Assembly (NCBI RefSeq): GCF_006345805.1
Contig: NC_043013.1
Location: forward strand, 51,336,001-51,400,000
Source: Octopus sinensis
Lineage: Eukaryota
DNA: 64,000 nucleotides
Direction of reading: 5' to 3'
Shown here: positions 28,828 through 43,649 of the stretch, one piece after another
Numbering within the stretch: position 1 is the first letter of the stretch
How the letters are laid out: each line of letters starts with the position of its first letter
The notes under the pieces: generated by a model
The model's input: the letters and a program-made list of their open reading frames with translations, nothing else
Database searches by the model: none
Told to the model about the DNA's origin: nothing
Made by a program: the position numbers and the translations under genes

Positions 28828-30040
28828 ATGCACTATGCTATGATATGCCACAAACTACGTGACCTCGGCATAGCTGGGAAACTTGGAGTGTGGTTGCATG
28901 ACTTCCTGAAAGATAGGAGTCAGGCAGAAGGGGTTAATGGAGCCACCTCTATGAACACACACATAGTGAGCGGTGTTCCACAGGGCACTGTCTTGGGACC
29001 ACTGCTTTTTATAGTGGCCCTCTCAGATATGCCCTCAAATGCCCGGATAACCACTCTGGCCAGCTATACAGACGATACAAAAGTCTCGCAGAAAATACAG
29101 AACCCCAGCGATGTTGCACACCTGCAGCAGGAGTTGGACTCAATCTACAGATGGTCTGAGGATAATAATATGCAGTTTAATGCTGAAAAAATCCAGGCCC
29201 TGCGCTACCAGCATCCAAAACTGAATATTAAACTTATAGGATACACCGGTCCACAGGGAATTTCAATCCCAGAGCCTAAGTCTGTGAGGGACCTGGATAT
29301 CGACATGAGTGATGATACCTCTTTCCAAGTGCACATTACCAGGATGGCGACAAAGTGCAGACGACTGGCTGGGTGGATCCTAAGAACATTCAGAACCAGA
29401 GATAAGGAACCATGATGGTCCTCTGGCGGACATTCGTCCTCAGTCGCCTGATTCTGCTCACAGCTATGGTCACCCACCAGTGTAAAATTAACAGCGGACC
29501 TTGAAGCAATCCAGAGAAGATTCACAAAGAAGATCGTCTCTTTGCAACAGCTCAGCTACTGGGAAAGGTTGAAACAGCTAAGACTCTACTCCTGGAGAGA
29601 AGACGGGAGAGGTATGCAGTAATATATGTCTGGAAGATCCTGGAAGGAATTGTGCCAAATTTTGGCATTGTAAGCTACACCAATGCTAGAACGGGACCAC
29701 ACTGCATAGTGCCAAAGATCCCAGCAATGCCATCACGCTTCAGGACCAGCTTCTGCAACAGCCTGGGTTTCAAGGGCCCACAGCTTTTTAATATTCTCCC
29801 AAAGAGTTTGAGGAACTTGCACAAAGTAGATGTAGCGGTTTTTAAATCAAAGCTGGACATCTTCCTGTCAAGAATCCCAGATGAACCTACCTCACGGCAA
29901 GAGGTGCAAATGAGAGTAGCTATATCAAACTCCATTCTTCACCAAGTGCCACATATTAGACGAGGTTCGTCGCAATAAGATTGTAGCACAAAACGGCGGT
30001 GCATCAGCATGGCCGCAGCTCTGAGCTGAAACTAGAAAAA
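28828..30040 (+). mobile_element. CR1/L2-clade LINE, 5'-truncated: reverse transcriptase C-terminal half with frameshifts and 3' UTR
   Basis: SGVPQGTVLGPLLF, YTDDTK (YADD-like), WSEDNNMQFN, LEAIQRRFTK, SYWERLKQL, LERRRER; A-rich end. Confidence 0.9.
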
Positions 30041-30205
30041 AAATCTATATATAAATAAAAAAATAATATATATATATATATGTATGTATGTATGTGTGTA
30101 TGGTATGTATGTATGTGTATGTTATGTATGTATATACTGGCATATACTTTACGTACAATTCTATAGACTTAATACACAGCACTCCTTAACAATGGGTCAT
30201 TGCGC

Positions 30206-30250
<45 letters not shown>

Positions 30251-30530
30251 TATACACAAATATAAGAGAGGGTTCACTATGTGGACGCTCTTGTGCTAAA
30301 AAACAGATCCGCAATGGTCTCAACCACCAAGAATTGTTCCCAAGGAGAATTAGCACAACTACGAACGTAAACGAGCAGGACAAATGAAAAATAGCAAAAA
30401 TGTACATTAATTCTACACAATTGCTTAACTGTAAATGGATTATGCAATTTTACGCCATTTATATATATATAAATTTATATGTATATGTGTGTTAATATAT
30501 GTATATATATATATATATATATATGTTTGT

Positions 30531-30590
<60 letters not shown>

Positions 30591-31351
30591 TGTATGTGAA
30601 TAAAGGCGCGTGGCATAGTGAACCGGGGTTTGTCCTCACAATTGCAAGAGGTGAATGCAACACACGAGGAAAGCAATACAACCTGATTTCGAACAACACG
30701 CTTCGCCTCATGCAGCTCTGATATCATTTTCCCATCCGACATACGGCACACCGCGCACCTCTATAAGCAAATGTCGATTCTACGGTGACAATGAGCCAAT
30801 GTACAGCAAAGAAATTTGATTGCTATATACAAATCCTCTGTGAAGGTTGTTCAGAAAATAGTTGCATGGTCTTCAATAGTCGTCTACGATATGAGAGTAC
30901 ACCATAAAACAACAATGAACAGAAATTTGAAAAATGTTTTAAAATGGCGGCTTGTTATAAAAAAGGTTAAATGTATTCAAAAGGAAGCAGAATATTGTTA
31001 ATATAATTTAGTTTTAGATTTGTAATGTAAATTTATATTTTAATAATGTATGAATAAAAGCATATTTATGTTATTGTAATTTAGTCCTCATAAATTTCAT
31101 TATTAGCAAAATTATGTGTAATTTATTACTAAGTAAATAAAGATACACTTTCTTATTCTATACTAAGTGGGCAAACGAATTTATACACCGGGAGAAAATA
31201 TTTTATTATTTAGATTAGTAAAACAATATGTCACAAGGAAAGCAAACTTCTGCATAGTGTGATTTTTGATGTGAAATAAAATATTTAGAATACCATAAAA
31301 CCCTAAAGATATTCACAGCTGTTGACATTGATTAAAATGCGTTGGTGTTAG

Positions 31352-32345
31352 GCACATTGCAAGCAAAAGCTCAGAATACGCAGATTTGAGAAAAGAGTCA
31401 AATACTAAAAGCAAAATAAGATGTTCAAATCCAATGCCAAATCATTTTACAGGAAAATGGGGAAAGAAAAAATAAACATTGAAAATCCACCCCTAACGGA
31501 AGAAGGTGAAAATTTTTGGAAAGGGATCTGGAGTGATGAGAACCCCATACAATGAAAAGGCAGACTGGATCAAACGCACCCAAGATGCCTACAAAAATGT
31601 ACAAGAGCAGGTATGCCGATTCTGTAACGATGAGTTTGAAACTATAGACCACCTAATCTCAGGGTGTAGAGTCTTAGCACCCGTAGAATATGAAGCAAGA
31701 TATGACCGAGTCGGCCAGTATTTACACTATCGGCATTATAAAATCAAAACCGCTGACAAATGGTATAAACACCATCCTGAAGCTGTGACTGAGGGAGAAA
31801 ATGTGTCGATTCTCTTGGACTTCCCCGTACATAGCGACAAAACTATAAAAACTAATAAACCGAATATTATTATAAAAGATCAGACAAAAAAGGTGTGTTT
31901 ATTAATTGACATGTGTATTCCTTGCGATCACAATTTGGCGGCGAAAGAATTTATCAAGATCAGTAAATATAAAGACTTGCAAATAGAAATTGAAAAAATG
32001 TGGCATCTCAAGGCGACTACAGTACCAGTGATTGTAGGATCTCTAGGAATGATAAAATAAGGTACTGAAACATATTTGAAAATGATACCAGGCTTACCAT
32101 CCCTACAGGAAGTGCAAAAAATCTTGTTAACTGGAACGGCTCATGTACTGAGAAGAGCGTTATCGCTGTGAAAACAACATTCATTCATGAATTCATTTAT
32201 TTATTAATTTTTTTAAATACATATTTTACCTGTGAATTTGCGTGTGTAATCTGGGAATGCATACAATGAGCTTCTCTGCCCCAGGTGTACGGAAAACACT
32301 CGGCGAGAAATGGAAAAATATTGTAGAAGGAAAAAAAAACATTCA
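31352..32345 (+). mobile_element. R4/Dong-like LINE with RT domain deleted; retains pre-RT region, CCHC knuckle and RLE domain
   Basis: QNKMFKSNAKSFYRKM...FWKGIW...NEKADW joined to CRFC..ETIDHLISGC, NKPNIII..LLIDMCIP, KISKYKDL, PVIVGSLG, TAHVLRRALSL*. Confidence 0.85.
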
Positions 32346-32587
32346 TAATAATAAGTATTGGCAGAAGGGCAACAGTTTTTGAGTGTACGGATAAGTCGAT
32401 TACATTGACGCTAGAACTTGACTGATACATATTTTATCGATCCCAGATTGATGAAAGACAAGGTCGACTTCGGTGGAATTTGAAGTCAGAAAGAAATGTG
32501 GCTGAAGAAAATGCCATTTATTATTGTATCCCATACGGTTACGATTACGTCTGCTCGCCACACTGCTCCTCCTCCTCCGACAACTAT

Positions 32588-32667
<80 letters not shown>

Positions 32668-32853
32668 ACTACTACTACTACTACTACTAATAATAATAAT
32701 AATAATTTTTAAAACAAACTTCTAATCTACTTATGTTTTGACAGACATGGCACCCTAGTCATAACACAAACTTGAACTTCAAACTTGTTGTCCCTTGTGG
32801 TCTATGGGTGAGACTTGAAGTCAGCTTGTACAAATACAAAGCAAAAGCCAAAC

Positions 32854-32945
<92 letters not shown>

Positions 32946-32967
32946 TATTATTATTATTATTATGTTA

Positions 32968-33205
32968 TTGTCTTTGTACAGCCTCTAACGCTGTATATGT
33001 ACTAGGGTATCAGCTGTTCACAACCAGTGAACTATGGCAACACCCCTCATTTTTCGAGCACCATCCAGAGTATTCGAGCGGTTCCAGGCAGCGCTGTTTT
33101 CTGCAAGTGCTCCGCCCTTATTGCAGCCACTATTTGTTTTATGTAATTCTCAAGCTTTTTACTCACTGTTCCTAGGGCTCCGACAATTATTGGTACTAAT
33201 ATCAC
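32968..33205 (-). mobile_element. R4/Dong-like LINE 3' end between TAA runs
   Basis: Homologous to 15868-16080 and 46432-46684. Confidence 0.75.
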
Positions 33206-33232
33206 CTTATTATTATTATTATTATTATTATA

Positions 33233-33415
33233 GTGGTTTCAATTTGTGGCACAAGGCCTGCAATTTTGGGGGAAGAGGATTGAACTACGTTGACGTACTT
33301 CATTTTGTCGACCGCGAAACGAAAAAGGTAAATTCGATCTTGGCGTGACTTGAGGTCTGAACGTAAAGCGTCGGAAGTAGTACTGCTAAGCAGTTTCCTC
33401 TGACGCACTAACTTT
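33233..33415 (-). mobile_element. SINE family A, degraded
   Basis: GGCACAAGGCCTG.AATTTT...GTCGACCGCGAAACGA...GAACGTAAAG...GCTAAGCA. Confidence 0.55.
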
Positions 33416-33504
33416 GCACATCCCAACATGGTCCATACCCTCTTTAAGTATATACACTCATGCAACAGTAGCACACATACACCCAAATATTTCACCTAAT
33501 ATAC

Positions 33505-33738
33505 CTTCATATTATGCGGAGAAAATCCCTGGAGAAGGACATCATGCTCGGAATGGTCAGTGGCAAGAGAGGAGGATGCCGACCAAGAACCCGCTGGCTT
33601 GACACCATCAAGAGTGATACCGGAATGGACATAGCCAATCTGAAAGAAGCGGCCCAGGATAGAACTGACTGGAGGACACTGTTCCAACGAGTAACCGAGA
33701 TTCGACTTCGACTGAGCGGATAGATAGATAGATAGATA
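33505..33738 (+). mobile_element. RTE-clade LINE 3' end
   Basis: HIMRRKSLEKDIMLGMVSGKRGGCRPRTRWLDTIK...AAQDRTDWR, typical RTE/BovB C-terminus, followed by a (GATA)n tail. Confidence 0.8.
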
Positions 33739-34734
33739 TACCTTCACTGTAACATATACATCGGACACTCGTATACACAGAGCAATCACCCAAAACGCCT
33801 CTCACAAACATGCAGAATATATACCCAGGTGCCTGCGCATTGCCTCCATGCAGAATTCACGTTTCTCCCCGGAGAAATCTAACAACATCTATTGATATTT
33901 ACTAAAAATTATGTAAACCAGACCAGAAAAGTGTTGTATTGCCTACACGTTTGTTCTCTGTCCAATTTTTATCTTCAGATTTTCCCCTAGTAAACAGGAT
34001 GAATCTGGAACACCATTCCTTCTTTACTGGAGGAAACTAAAACCTATATATTTTGAAATCTTGTTCATGTTTTTTTGAAATTCTTCATTTTGTCTTCTTT
34101 TACTCCACTGACAGTTTCATTGCAGATTTTAATTACATTTTGATCATTTCAACTTATAATTACGCTTCAAAAGTTCCCACCCTTCAGAAAATGCAATAAG
34201 TTCTACTAAATTCGTATCACATCAGAACCATATCTTTTGAATTGAATCTTGTTTTGAATCATTTTAAATTCAGAATGTACATTAAAAAGCAATCGTAAAT
34301 ATGTTTATAGCCATTCTTTTTATTCAATCCGTTTACTTTTAACTGTTTATATATGTTTCATAATTGAACGTTAACTCAAACAACATTTTATGACAACTCA
34401 TAGTATATTCAAAGTTTCCTGCTATTCAAATTGTCCTATTTCCTGTTTAAGACATAATATAGCCAAAACTGATTTTCTTATAAATTATATTGTAATCTCC
34501 TAATGTAAACAATAACTTATTGCTCCTATTTTATATATTCTATTAAATGGGTTGTACAGAATAAAACAGCTTTCTCAGAAAGCTTATATGTTTTACTCTT
34601 ACGAAAAATATATTTTACAAAGACTTATTTTAATTACTATAAGGCCTCAATAATTTTAAAGACATTAATTAAATTGCAATTTCAATAAATTTTAAACAGG
34701 TAGATTATCATCTTGATTATATGACTATTCATAT

Positions 34735-34770
<36 letters not shown>

Positions 34771-34772
<2 letters not shown>

Positions 34773-34905
34773 CCGGAGTAAACACATAAATGTCTGGATA
34801 GAATTGACATATCGGTTCTATTCTAGCAAAAACTGTCCGATGAATGGCAACGGGAAACTCAGAGTAACAGGTTTTGTTGAATTTTCTGCTGCTTTAAATA
34901 AAAAA
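34771..34905 (+). mobile_element. Hammerhead-bearing short element (HHR 34833-34870), same family as 62951-63158
   Basis: TACCGGAGTAAACACATAAATG end; ctgt CCGATGA ... GAAA ctcagag TA acag. Confidence 0.65.
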
Positions 34906-35934
34906 TATATATACATATATATAGTCACTATTCATATATATATATACATTTAACAGTATTCACTACAAACAGAACGCTTCGTTGAAGTACAAAATCTCCT
35001 CGCTCATTTTCCACAGCCCATTATATATATGTGTGTGTGTGTAAGCAAAAATGCCGGTTCTAAAATCTGTCTGAGAGATCAACGCAGTAGTTGTATTGAC
35101 AGGTAATATTCGTAGTCACTTTATTTATATATATATATATATTTATTTATTTATTTATTTATTTATTATATGCATGCATACACGTATCTTTCTATCTATA
35201 TAATGTGCTTGTGTGCATATTTACAAATTTCGCCGGTTGGTAAAACGCAACTTCAATGGCGTTTCAATCACAGTTGAACTACATCAGCTAGTGGCCGATA
35301 TTAACTCACTATGCGATGCCACTGGATACCAGTTACTGATGATGTTCAAAGAAGCAGAAATATGGATTTAATAATGCCACCGCCATTGCTGGAAAATTCT
35401 CGTCTCTTTATATTTTTGCGTGTTTTTTTTTTACAATATACACCAGAAAGAGATGAATAGCACAGTTTAGAAGGCTTTTAAAAGTAAGAATGCTTTAAGG
35501 TAGATACAGAGATTGCTAACTTCAACTAATAACAATTTCGTCGCTAAAAACGAATACGTATATAATTAATTTTTAGAAACGGAAACAGGATTAATACCAA
35601 AACGCAATCTTTACTAGCAAGTTAACGTGAATGTTTTGTCAGAAACCGGATATTGCTGTATTCGCCATTGGAGATTATCTCATACGGGTGCATGGTACAT
35701 TAAAGCACGTATATTTGGGTTGCTGGTAGATGAGAATCGTCTGCTTCGGGCGCTGAAGCTGACAGAACATCCATATTTCGATGTTTTGCATCTCCTCTGT
35801 GACAACCATCTGGTAGTCACAACACACACTCACACACACACACACACACACGCACGCACACACACACAAATTTAGTCTCATTAGAAATCCTAGCCCTATG
35901 CATACATAAATATAATTTACATATGTTTACGTAT

Positions 35935-36119
35935 TAATAATCCTTTCTATTCTAAGCACATGGCATGAAATTTGGGGGAGCGGGGACTAGTCGATTACAT
36001 CGACCCCAGTACTTAACTGGTACTTAATTTATCGACCCCGAAAGGATGAAAGGCAAAGTCGACTTCGGCGGAATTTGAACTCATAACGTAGCGACGGGCC
36101 AAATATCACTAAGCATTTC
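35935..36119 (-). mobile_element. SINE family A
   Basis: ATCGACCCCAGTAC...ATCGACCCCGAAAGGATGAAAGGCAAAGTCGAC...GAATTTGAACTC. Confidence 0.85.
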
Positions 36120-36217
36120 ATTTTTCTTTGTTTCAGGGCAGGAAACCTTTAAGTGCTTTACGGATCCACATAGTATGACCTCAAATATCTTATGCACCCT
36201 GTATATATATATATGTA

Positions 36218-36320
<103 letters not shown>

Positions 36321-36554
36321 ATAAATAAATGTAATTTAGATTCAGTTGAATTAGGTGCTTTAATTGAAGCACCTTTTGGGGACGAACTAATTTGCACACT
36401 CAGACAATATCAGATGTGTATCAAACTCTACATAGAATTGTTTCCACCCGATATTCTTACAGTGTATGCAGACGGCAAGATCCAATTTAGTGAATAAATC
36501 CGTTCTTGTTTGTTCAGACACGTACTTTATTCAAAGATACTTAATAAATACTTC

Positions 36555-36585
<31 letters not shown>

Positions 36586-36812
36586 AGTGCACACTCATAC
36601 AAGTGCATGCATACATATATTTATACAAACAAGTACACGTGTATAACAACATACATATTTGTATATACAAACACACATTAGATTACGTCAAAAGTTAACA
36701 ATCCATACATTTTTGCACCATCCTCAACATCTCACACAGACCACATTCCAGACATTTGCACACACTCTCTTTCTCTCACACACACACACATACACACACA
36801 CACACACATACA

Positions 36813-36867
<55 letters not shown>

Positions 36868-37384
36868 ACATATATATATGAACTCAATATAATATACTGT
36901 CAGCCACATATCTAAAATGAAAAATTGCCTCATACAAAAGTTATACAATGTAAATGTAAACTTTGCAAGCGTGAATCAAATTTCTGCCCAGCTAATCTTT
37001 CTAAAGGCATCGATCACACCAAGGCAAATATACGTTAACAGACGGCGCTTGTTTAAATTCAATCACATGAACACTTTTGAACGATGAGTAAGTGCTATCA
37101 ACAAATACTAACGGGTATAGTTAATATGTTGAAATATAATATGTCAGACTTGCTGAATCAAGAAATATTTGACAATAACTGGTGGAAGCAATCATTAAGG
37201 TTTCAAATAGTTTCTACGTTAAAATGGGATATTCAGTATAATTATGTTTTGTGTGTTACTGTTATTGGGTTTAGAACTAATTAACGGAGCTTCTTCTCAA
37301 ATTTTAGTCAAGATCATACCGTTTGCAGGCAATACACACACACCCACAATCACTCAAAACCCAAACACACACACACACACAGAC

Positions 37385-37460
37385 AGAAGGTGCGGTGAAT
37401 AAACTGTCGTCGAAATTACGCAAAAATGAAAATAACACTGACATCTCATTTTAACAGATT

Positions 37461-37493
<33 letters not shown>

Positions 37494-37515
37494 CTATATA
37501 TCATATATATATATA

Positions 37516-37569
<54 letters not shown>

Positions 37570-38398
37570 CCAAAATTACATTAAAATATCTTGAAATTTA
37601 CTAAAGTTACTGAAGAGTAAATTAATTCTAATTAATACTAATTTACTAAAGAGTAAATTAATTCAATAATTTCGCGATTGGCCGCAACTACTGCGTCCAG
37701 ACGATTTCGGAATCTCCTGCAACTCTTCTGGATGGTCTCTTTGTTTAAGCTGGTGAATGCTGGCATAATCCTTGCCTTCAGTTCATATTTGGTGTTACAA
37801 GGAGTTTTGTTGGTCTCCCGCTCAACTGTGCCCCACATCTAATAATCAAGGGGTTGCAGTCTGGGGAGTTAGATGCCCAGATGTTAGGGGTGATGTTGTC
37901 TGACAGCCATGACTAGGTTCTCCTGCTTGTGTGTCAAGGTTCAGAGTCCTGTTACCTGACACAAGGTGTTTCAGCAGCCTCCTTCTTGACCCAAGGTAGC
38001 ACTACCTCCTCCAGGCACTTGACGTAGGCCTCTGTGCTGAGTCTGAGGCCGTGTGGGAAGATGATTGGAGGTATAACACGTCCGACACCGTGATGTTGAC
38101 TGGATGTTTGATTTTTATCACTCTTGGGACATGCTCTCAGATTACACTGTCCTCAGATTGACACCGAAACTCTCTGATATGTTCGCATTGAAGCTTCCGG
38201 CACGAATGCCAAGCAGTACCAGCATGTCGTTTCCGAATTTCTGTGAGAGGGAATTGCGCCATGTTGCCGTTTCTCTCAGAGACGAGGCCTAACTGACTCT
38301 ACTATACTGTGTAAGCAACAAAATTAAAAACAAATAATGCTCATGCTCGAAATCAAAAATATAACGACAAAAAACTGCGACAATTTACCCATCATCTA
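37385..38398 (-). mobile_element. Tc1/mariner-superfamily (maT-like) transposon relic with stops and a (TA)n insertion
   Basis: Minus strand QDSEP*HTSRRT*SWL...WASNSPDCNPLDY*MWGTVERETNKTP...CRRFRNRLDAVVAA; degenerate terminal inverted repeats. Confidence 0.8.
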
Positions 38399-38971
38399 TA
38401 TATATAAATAAATAAATAAATAAATATATATATATATATATATATATGTGTGAGTGTGTGTGTATGTGTGTGTGTGTGTGTGTGCGGGTGCGTGTTCAGT
38501 CTTACCATGGAAACCAGAGTTGTTTATTCTTTTAGTACAAGATTATCAGTTGAGTCAAAGGAGAGAAGTTACAAGCAGATGAAATCTCCATGCAGGTTAA
38601 ATACACATCTCTCCGATACAAAAATGGTTTGAAAATATCAGCAGAAGGGCGCCCAGCAGTCATGACATGGATGCAGCACAGCCCCATTGGGATGTAAAAG
38701 TTAAGAGTTGACATACTTGCCGAAGGTGGGGTGGCTCTTCTCTAAACTCCATCTGGTGTTCAGCTCGCTTGAGAGATTCTTACCATCAATTAAGTCTATA
38801 AATACTTGTTAATATGCCTATATATATATATATATATATGTAGGAATGTATATATATATATATATATATAACTAATGTAGGATAATTTTTTTTTTTTCGG
38901 AAAAAAAATTTCATCAATGGCCAGCATATCAAAAAATACCTTTAAAGGTTAAATTTATAAATAATTTACAA

Positions 38972-39201
38972 TATAAGGGCAAAAGAAAAATTCTAATGCC
39001 GAGTATGCCGAAAAAAGAGACAGAATTTGTCAATTAACCATTATAATTTATGCGTCTCGAAACAAACCGATAGAAATTTCTTTAACATTTTTTAGAAATT
39101 TCTATCGGTTTGTTTCGAGACACATAAATCATAATGGTTAATTGACAATTTCTGTCTTTTTTTCGGCATATTTGGCATTAGAATTTTTCTTTTGCCCTTT
39201 A
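38972..39201. repeat. Fold-back (~108 bp arms) adjacent to (TA)n
   Basis: AAGGGCAAAAGAAAAATTCTAATGCC...CCGATAGAAATTTCT and its reverse complement. Confidence 0.85.
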
Positions 39202-39352
39202 TATATATATATAATTATATATATAATTATAATTTTAGAGAGACTTAGTTATTTTAATATTTCTATTATATATATATACAGTTATATAATTATATATATG
39301 TGTATATATATACACATATTCATATATATATGTATATATATATATATATATA

Positions 39353-39411
<59 letters not shown>

Positions 39412-39906
39412 GTGTATATATATACACATATATATAATTATATATATACACACACATACTCGCACATACGCAGTTTTTTTTATTACACATTACTTTTTGT
39501 AATGTGCATATTTATTATACAGTTACAATCACAATGGTGACAGAAACTTCGAAGTTTCAACTTGCTACCCTTCCTCGCTATCCTTCGCTATCCACGGAGG
39601 CGTTGCAAACATTCATGGCTTTATTGTTTTAACTCTCACTATACAAAAAAATGTTAACCGACCGTCTACAACATCGGTTGGTCATTTGAATCACATTCTT
39701 ACCCGCAAAACTACCTGTCTCATTAATTCATGGTCGATTCAGGTGATGCTATTTGTATGGTGGTATGTTTTGCATGCTTCATTCATTAAGTTCTTTGTTC
39801 CCTTTAAAGCTTAAGCGCACCAACAAAAGGTCGCCATCATCTTGATATTTGGCAACGAATTGCATTTATCAACATATGTAGCTGCCCGCCAGTGCTACAG
39901 TTTTTA

Positions 39907-40793
39907 TGGTCTGAACAATAAGTATCCGGACTGTTACCATAGTAACAATGCTGAAGCACGAAGAGTGAAGCCGCTTGGTACAGATTGACCTTGAACTCTG
40001 CTGTACATGTACCTTAAGTTTAAACGTTCTAGCTCACATCCGGTGTTTACAGCAATGCTTCGAAGGAACGTGTGTAGCGTGTGATCGTCGGATTGACAAT
40101 GACAGAGAAAGTTATCATGGCGATACCTGCTCAGAGGCCTACACAAAGTTGCAGAATCTATATGGAGAAGGGTGTATGAGCCGCACACAAGTGTACGAGT
40201 TCAGATGTTTCCAAGATGGCTGAAAAAATGTCGATTTTGACGAATGTTCTAGGAGGCCCGCTACAAGAAGAACTGAGAAAAAATCGCAAATGCGCGTGTG
40301 AAGGGAAATCGGTGAATTACCGCCCGTGAGTTATCAGAGGGTGTGCAGATTAGTTATGGTTCAGTTCTGTTCATTATCACTAAAGATTTTGGTATGAGAC
40401 GCGTGTCTGTCAAGTTTGTACCAAACCTGCGCTCAGCTCACCAAAATGTCACTTGGGTTTCAGTTGCACAAGATCCCCTTGATTGTGTCGAGAACAATGA
40501 AAGCGTTTTGAAAACCTTGCATAGGCCTCTGAAGCAGGTATCGCGAAGCTTTTGGCAAAATTTGATGCAGATTCTCTGCTCAACTTTCTCTGTCATGTTC
40601 AATGCAGCGATTGCATGCTACACACCTTCCTTCCAAGCACTGCTGTAAACAGCAGTAGTGAGCTAGAACATTAAAACTTAGAGCGCATGCACATCAGAGT
40701 TTCAGGCCAATCTGTGTCCAATGGAGGCTTCACTCTCTGTGCTTTAGCTTTGTTATTACAGCAATAGTCCGGATACTTATTGATCAGAGCACA
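39907..40793 (+). mobile_element. Mariner element, internally deleted (HTH region retained)
   Basis: TIRs CTGAACAATAAGTATCCGGACT / AGTCCGGATACTTATTGATCAG; EAYTKLQNLYGEGCMSRTQVYE and MRRVSVKFVP (WVP-like) motifs. Confidence 0.85.
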
Positions 40794-41636
40794 TAGTGTT
40801 TCTGCCTTGCTTCCGTCTCCCTTAAAGTGTCCATTGAAAAGCTTACGTTCCAATGTTTAAAACAAGCTTCTCTAGAATGTGCCACGGCCAGCCCCTATCC
40901 GTCCTTCTAATCTGAGTTTCGGTTGGTAGTGGCTTCGCCTGTTCCAATAAGGCTTTTCTTTGTGAGTCTAGTCTGCATTTTCAATCGGAGGATGTTCCAG
41001 AGACATCTATTCAAAATCTGACCATTGAATCTGCGTATACAATTTTCTTCAGCGAGCAATTAGGAACATGCTTTTAAAATGCTATCATTGTAGGTGGTTT
41101 TCTCAGCGAAAACTTCACCGTTCTAAATTATTTTTAGCTTTCTATTATTTGACAGAAAGGAAGACTAGTTTTCCCCCCGTTTTATTATTCATTCAATTTA
41201 CGCTTTCTATGCACAAGCAATGAGAGTATTAGTGTGTAGAACAGCCGTACCTTAACAACTAGATTAGCTTCTTTCGACCTCAATATTCATCCAGTTCGTC
41301 TTACGGATACTTTCATCGCTTAGATGTCACATCACAAGACAACGGACGATATCTTACAGTCGAAGTAATTTGAGCCTGGCATTATCGCTGCTTTATTCAC
41401 ATTGACATTAATGTTTATTTCCTCCCATGAAAACACATCGGAGAATGTCACAGAAGCAGTGAGACTCGATGATATTAAAGAAAACAACCTGACATTATAT
41501 CATTAAGAAAGAGCTCTGTGTGACAAGACTCAATATACGGCGTCAGAAACATTTTGAAACCTGATTGGTAACCTCCCCAGTGTACATATGTGTGTGTGTG
41601 TGTGTGTGTGTTTGTGCATGTATATCTATATATCTA

Positions 41637-41673
<37 letters not shown>

Positions 41674-41674
41674 G

Positions 41675-41725
<51 letters not shown>

Positions 41726-41854
41726 ATGATATTATAACTATATATATATATTATATATATATATACATATATACATACATACATGGTTACAGATATGTAT
41801 ATGGAAATATATATATATATATATGAGTGTGTATATATAAATGTATGTATATAA

Positions 41855-41893
<39 letters not shown>

Positions 41894-41895
41894 GA

Positions 41896-41935
<40 letters not shown>

Positions 41936-42386
41936 GACAGATATATATGTGGAGCGATATATGTGCATATATGTATGTACGTATGCATATATGTGTGTGT
42001 ATGTGTGTGTGTGTATCATGTTATACTTGGGGTTTGTAATGAATGAATGGAGGAAACACCTATCAAACGTTCTCAACAAGCAAACCGAAGAAGATCTCTC
42101 ATCGTTTCCAGATGACAAAATTACACGCAGCAGAAAATCTGAATGTTGCTAATGGACACTTTATGGACTGATATGTCGAAGTTATTAATGCTAAGCCTAA
42201 TAGGAAATCGTTAGAAAATGGCGTGGTCGCAGCAGCGACAGTGTATTATGCATTAGGAAGCTGGAGGTTATGAAATCACCACAAGACCATACGCAAGCAT
42301 TTAATAAGGAAAATGCTCCGAGCGAGTTGTAAAAAGAAATGCGATACGAATATAGATTCTATACATCATAAATTTGATTGTCGCTG

Positions 42387-42433
<47 letters not shown>

Positions 42434-42743
42434 ATGCGTGTGTGTGTGTTTGTGTGTGTGTGTGTATGCGTGTGTGTGTGCATACATTCATATATGTACA
42501 TATTATATATATATACATGTACGTATACACACACGTAGACACGCACGCACACAGAAACATACGCATACATACATACACATATATATGTATACACACCCAT
42601 GTACATACACATATATGCATACACACACGCACGCATACACGCATATATATATATGTATACACACAAACGCTCGCACACACACATACATGTATGCGTGCGT
42701 CTATGTATGTATCTATTTAACTAACCATATGTATATATATATA

Positions 42744-42822
<79 letters not shown>

Positions 42823-43113
42823 TATATATAATATATATATATATATAGATATATAATATATATATATATATAATATATATATATATATAATCAATATAGG
42901 GTGGCAGAAAAAAATTTTGTAGAATTCTTTTTGCCACCAGCGGCCTAGTGGGAAAGAATTAAATAGTCATAGACCATTTTTAAGTTCAACATCAACAATC
43001 AAGGAACGGCCATGATAGGCCATTCACCCACTAGAAATAACAGCCAAAGCTTCAACCGCAAATAAAGATTAATTCCGTAAACAGGAGAAAATTTAAAAAA
43101 CATTTACCCTGTA

Positions 43114-43220
43114 ATTTCTTGTACGATGCACCGTTTCATCTGCTGTTTAATGGTAAACTAACCTGATTAAATTAAATCAAGCCAATCTTCCATAGGCCCT
43201 CAGATTCTTCAGCAAGAAAT
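43114..43220 (-). ncRNA. Type I hammerhead ribozyme (inverted copy)
   Basis: Reverse complement of 43650-43756. Confidence 0.75.
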
Positions 43221-43649
43221 AGCCAAGTCGGAACAGATATTTTCACGAGGCATTTCAAACCCTGCCAAGGTAGGGTAAATGTTTTTTAAATTTTCTCCTG
43301 TTTACGGAATTAATCTTTATTTGCGGTTGAAGCTTTGGCTGTTATTTCTAGTGGGTGAATGGCCTATCATGGCCGTTCCTTGATTGTTGATGTTGAACTT
43401 AAAAATGGTCTATGACTATTTAATTTTTTCCCACTAGGCCGCTGGTGGCAAAAAGAATTCTACAAAATTTTTCTGCCACCCTATATTGATTAATTATGAA
43501 TTCTGGTTAATTCCGTAATGGAATAGACGGCTTATATTTATTTGCTGCCGATAAATTTGGCGCGAGTGCGACGATTTGAAAATTTTAGGTCAGATATTAC
43601 CTTGGCAGGGTTTGAAATGCCTCGTGAAAATATCTGTTCCGACTTGGCT

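Noticed and set aside
30600-31000. Possible Tc1/mariner remnant
   Set aside because: Only vague motif similarity and no clear terminal repeats
35331-35375. CTGATGA...GAAA hammerhead-like motif
   Set aside because: No convincing stem I or stem III
40800-41050. Possible RTE C-terminal fragment on the minus strand (also 42030-42260 on plus)
   Set aside because: Too degraded to support from motifs alone
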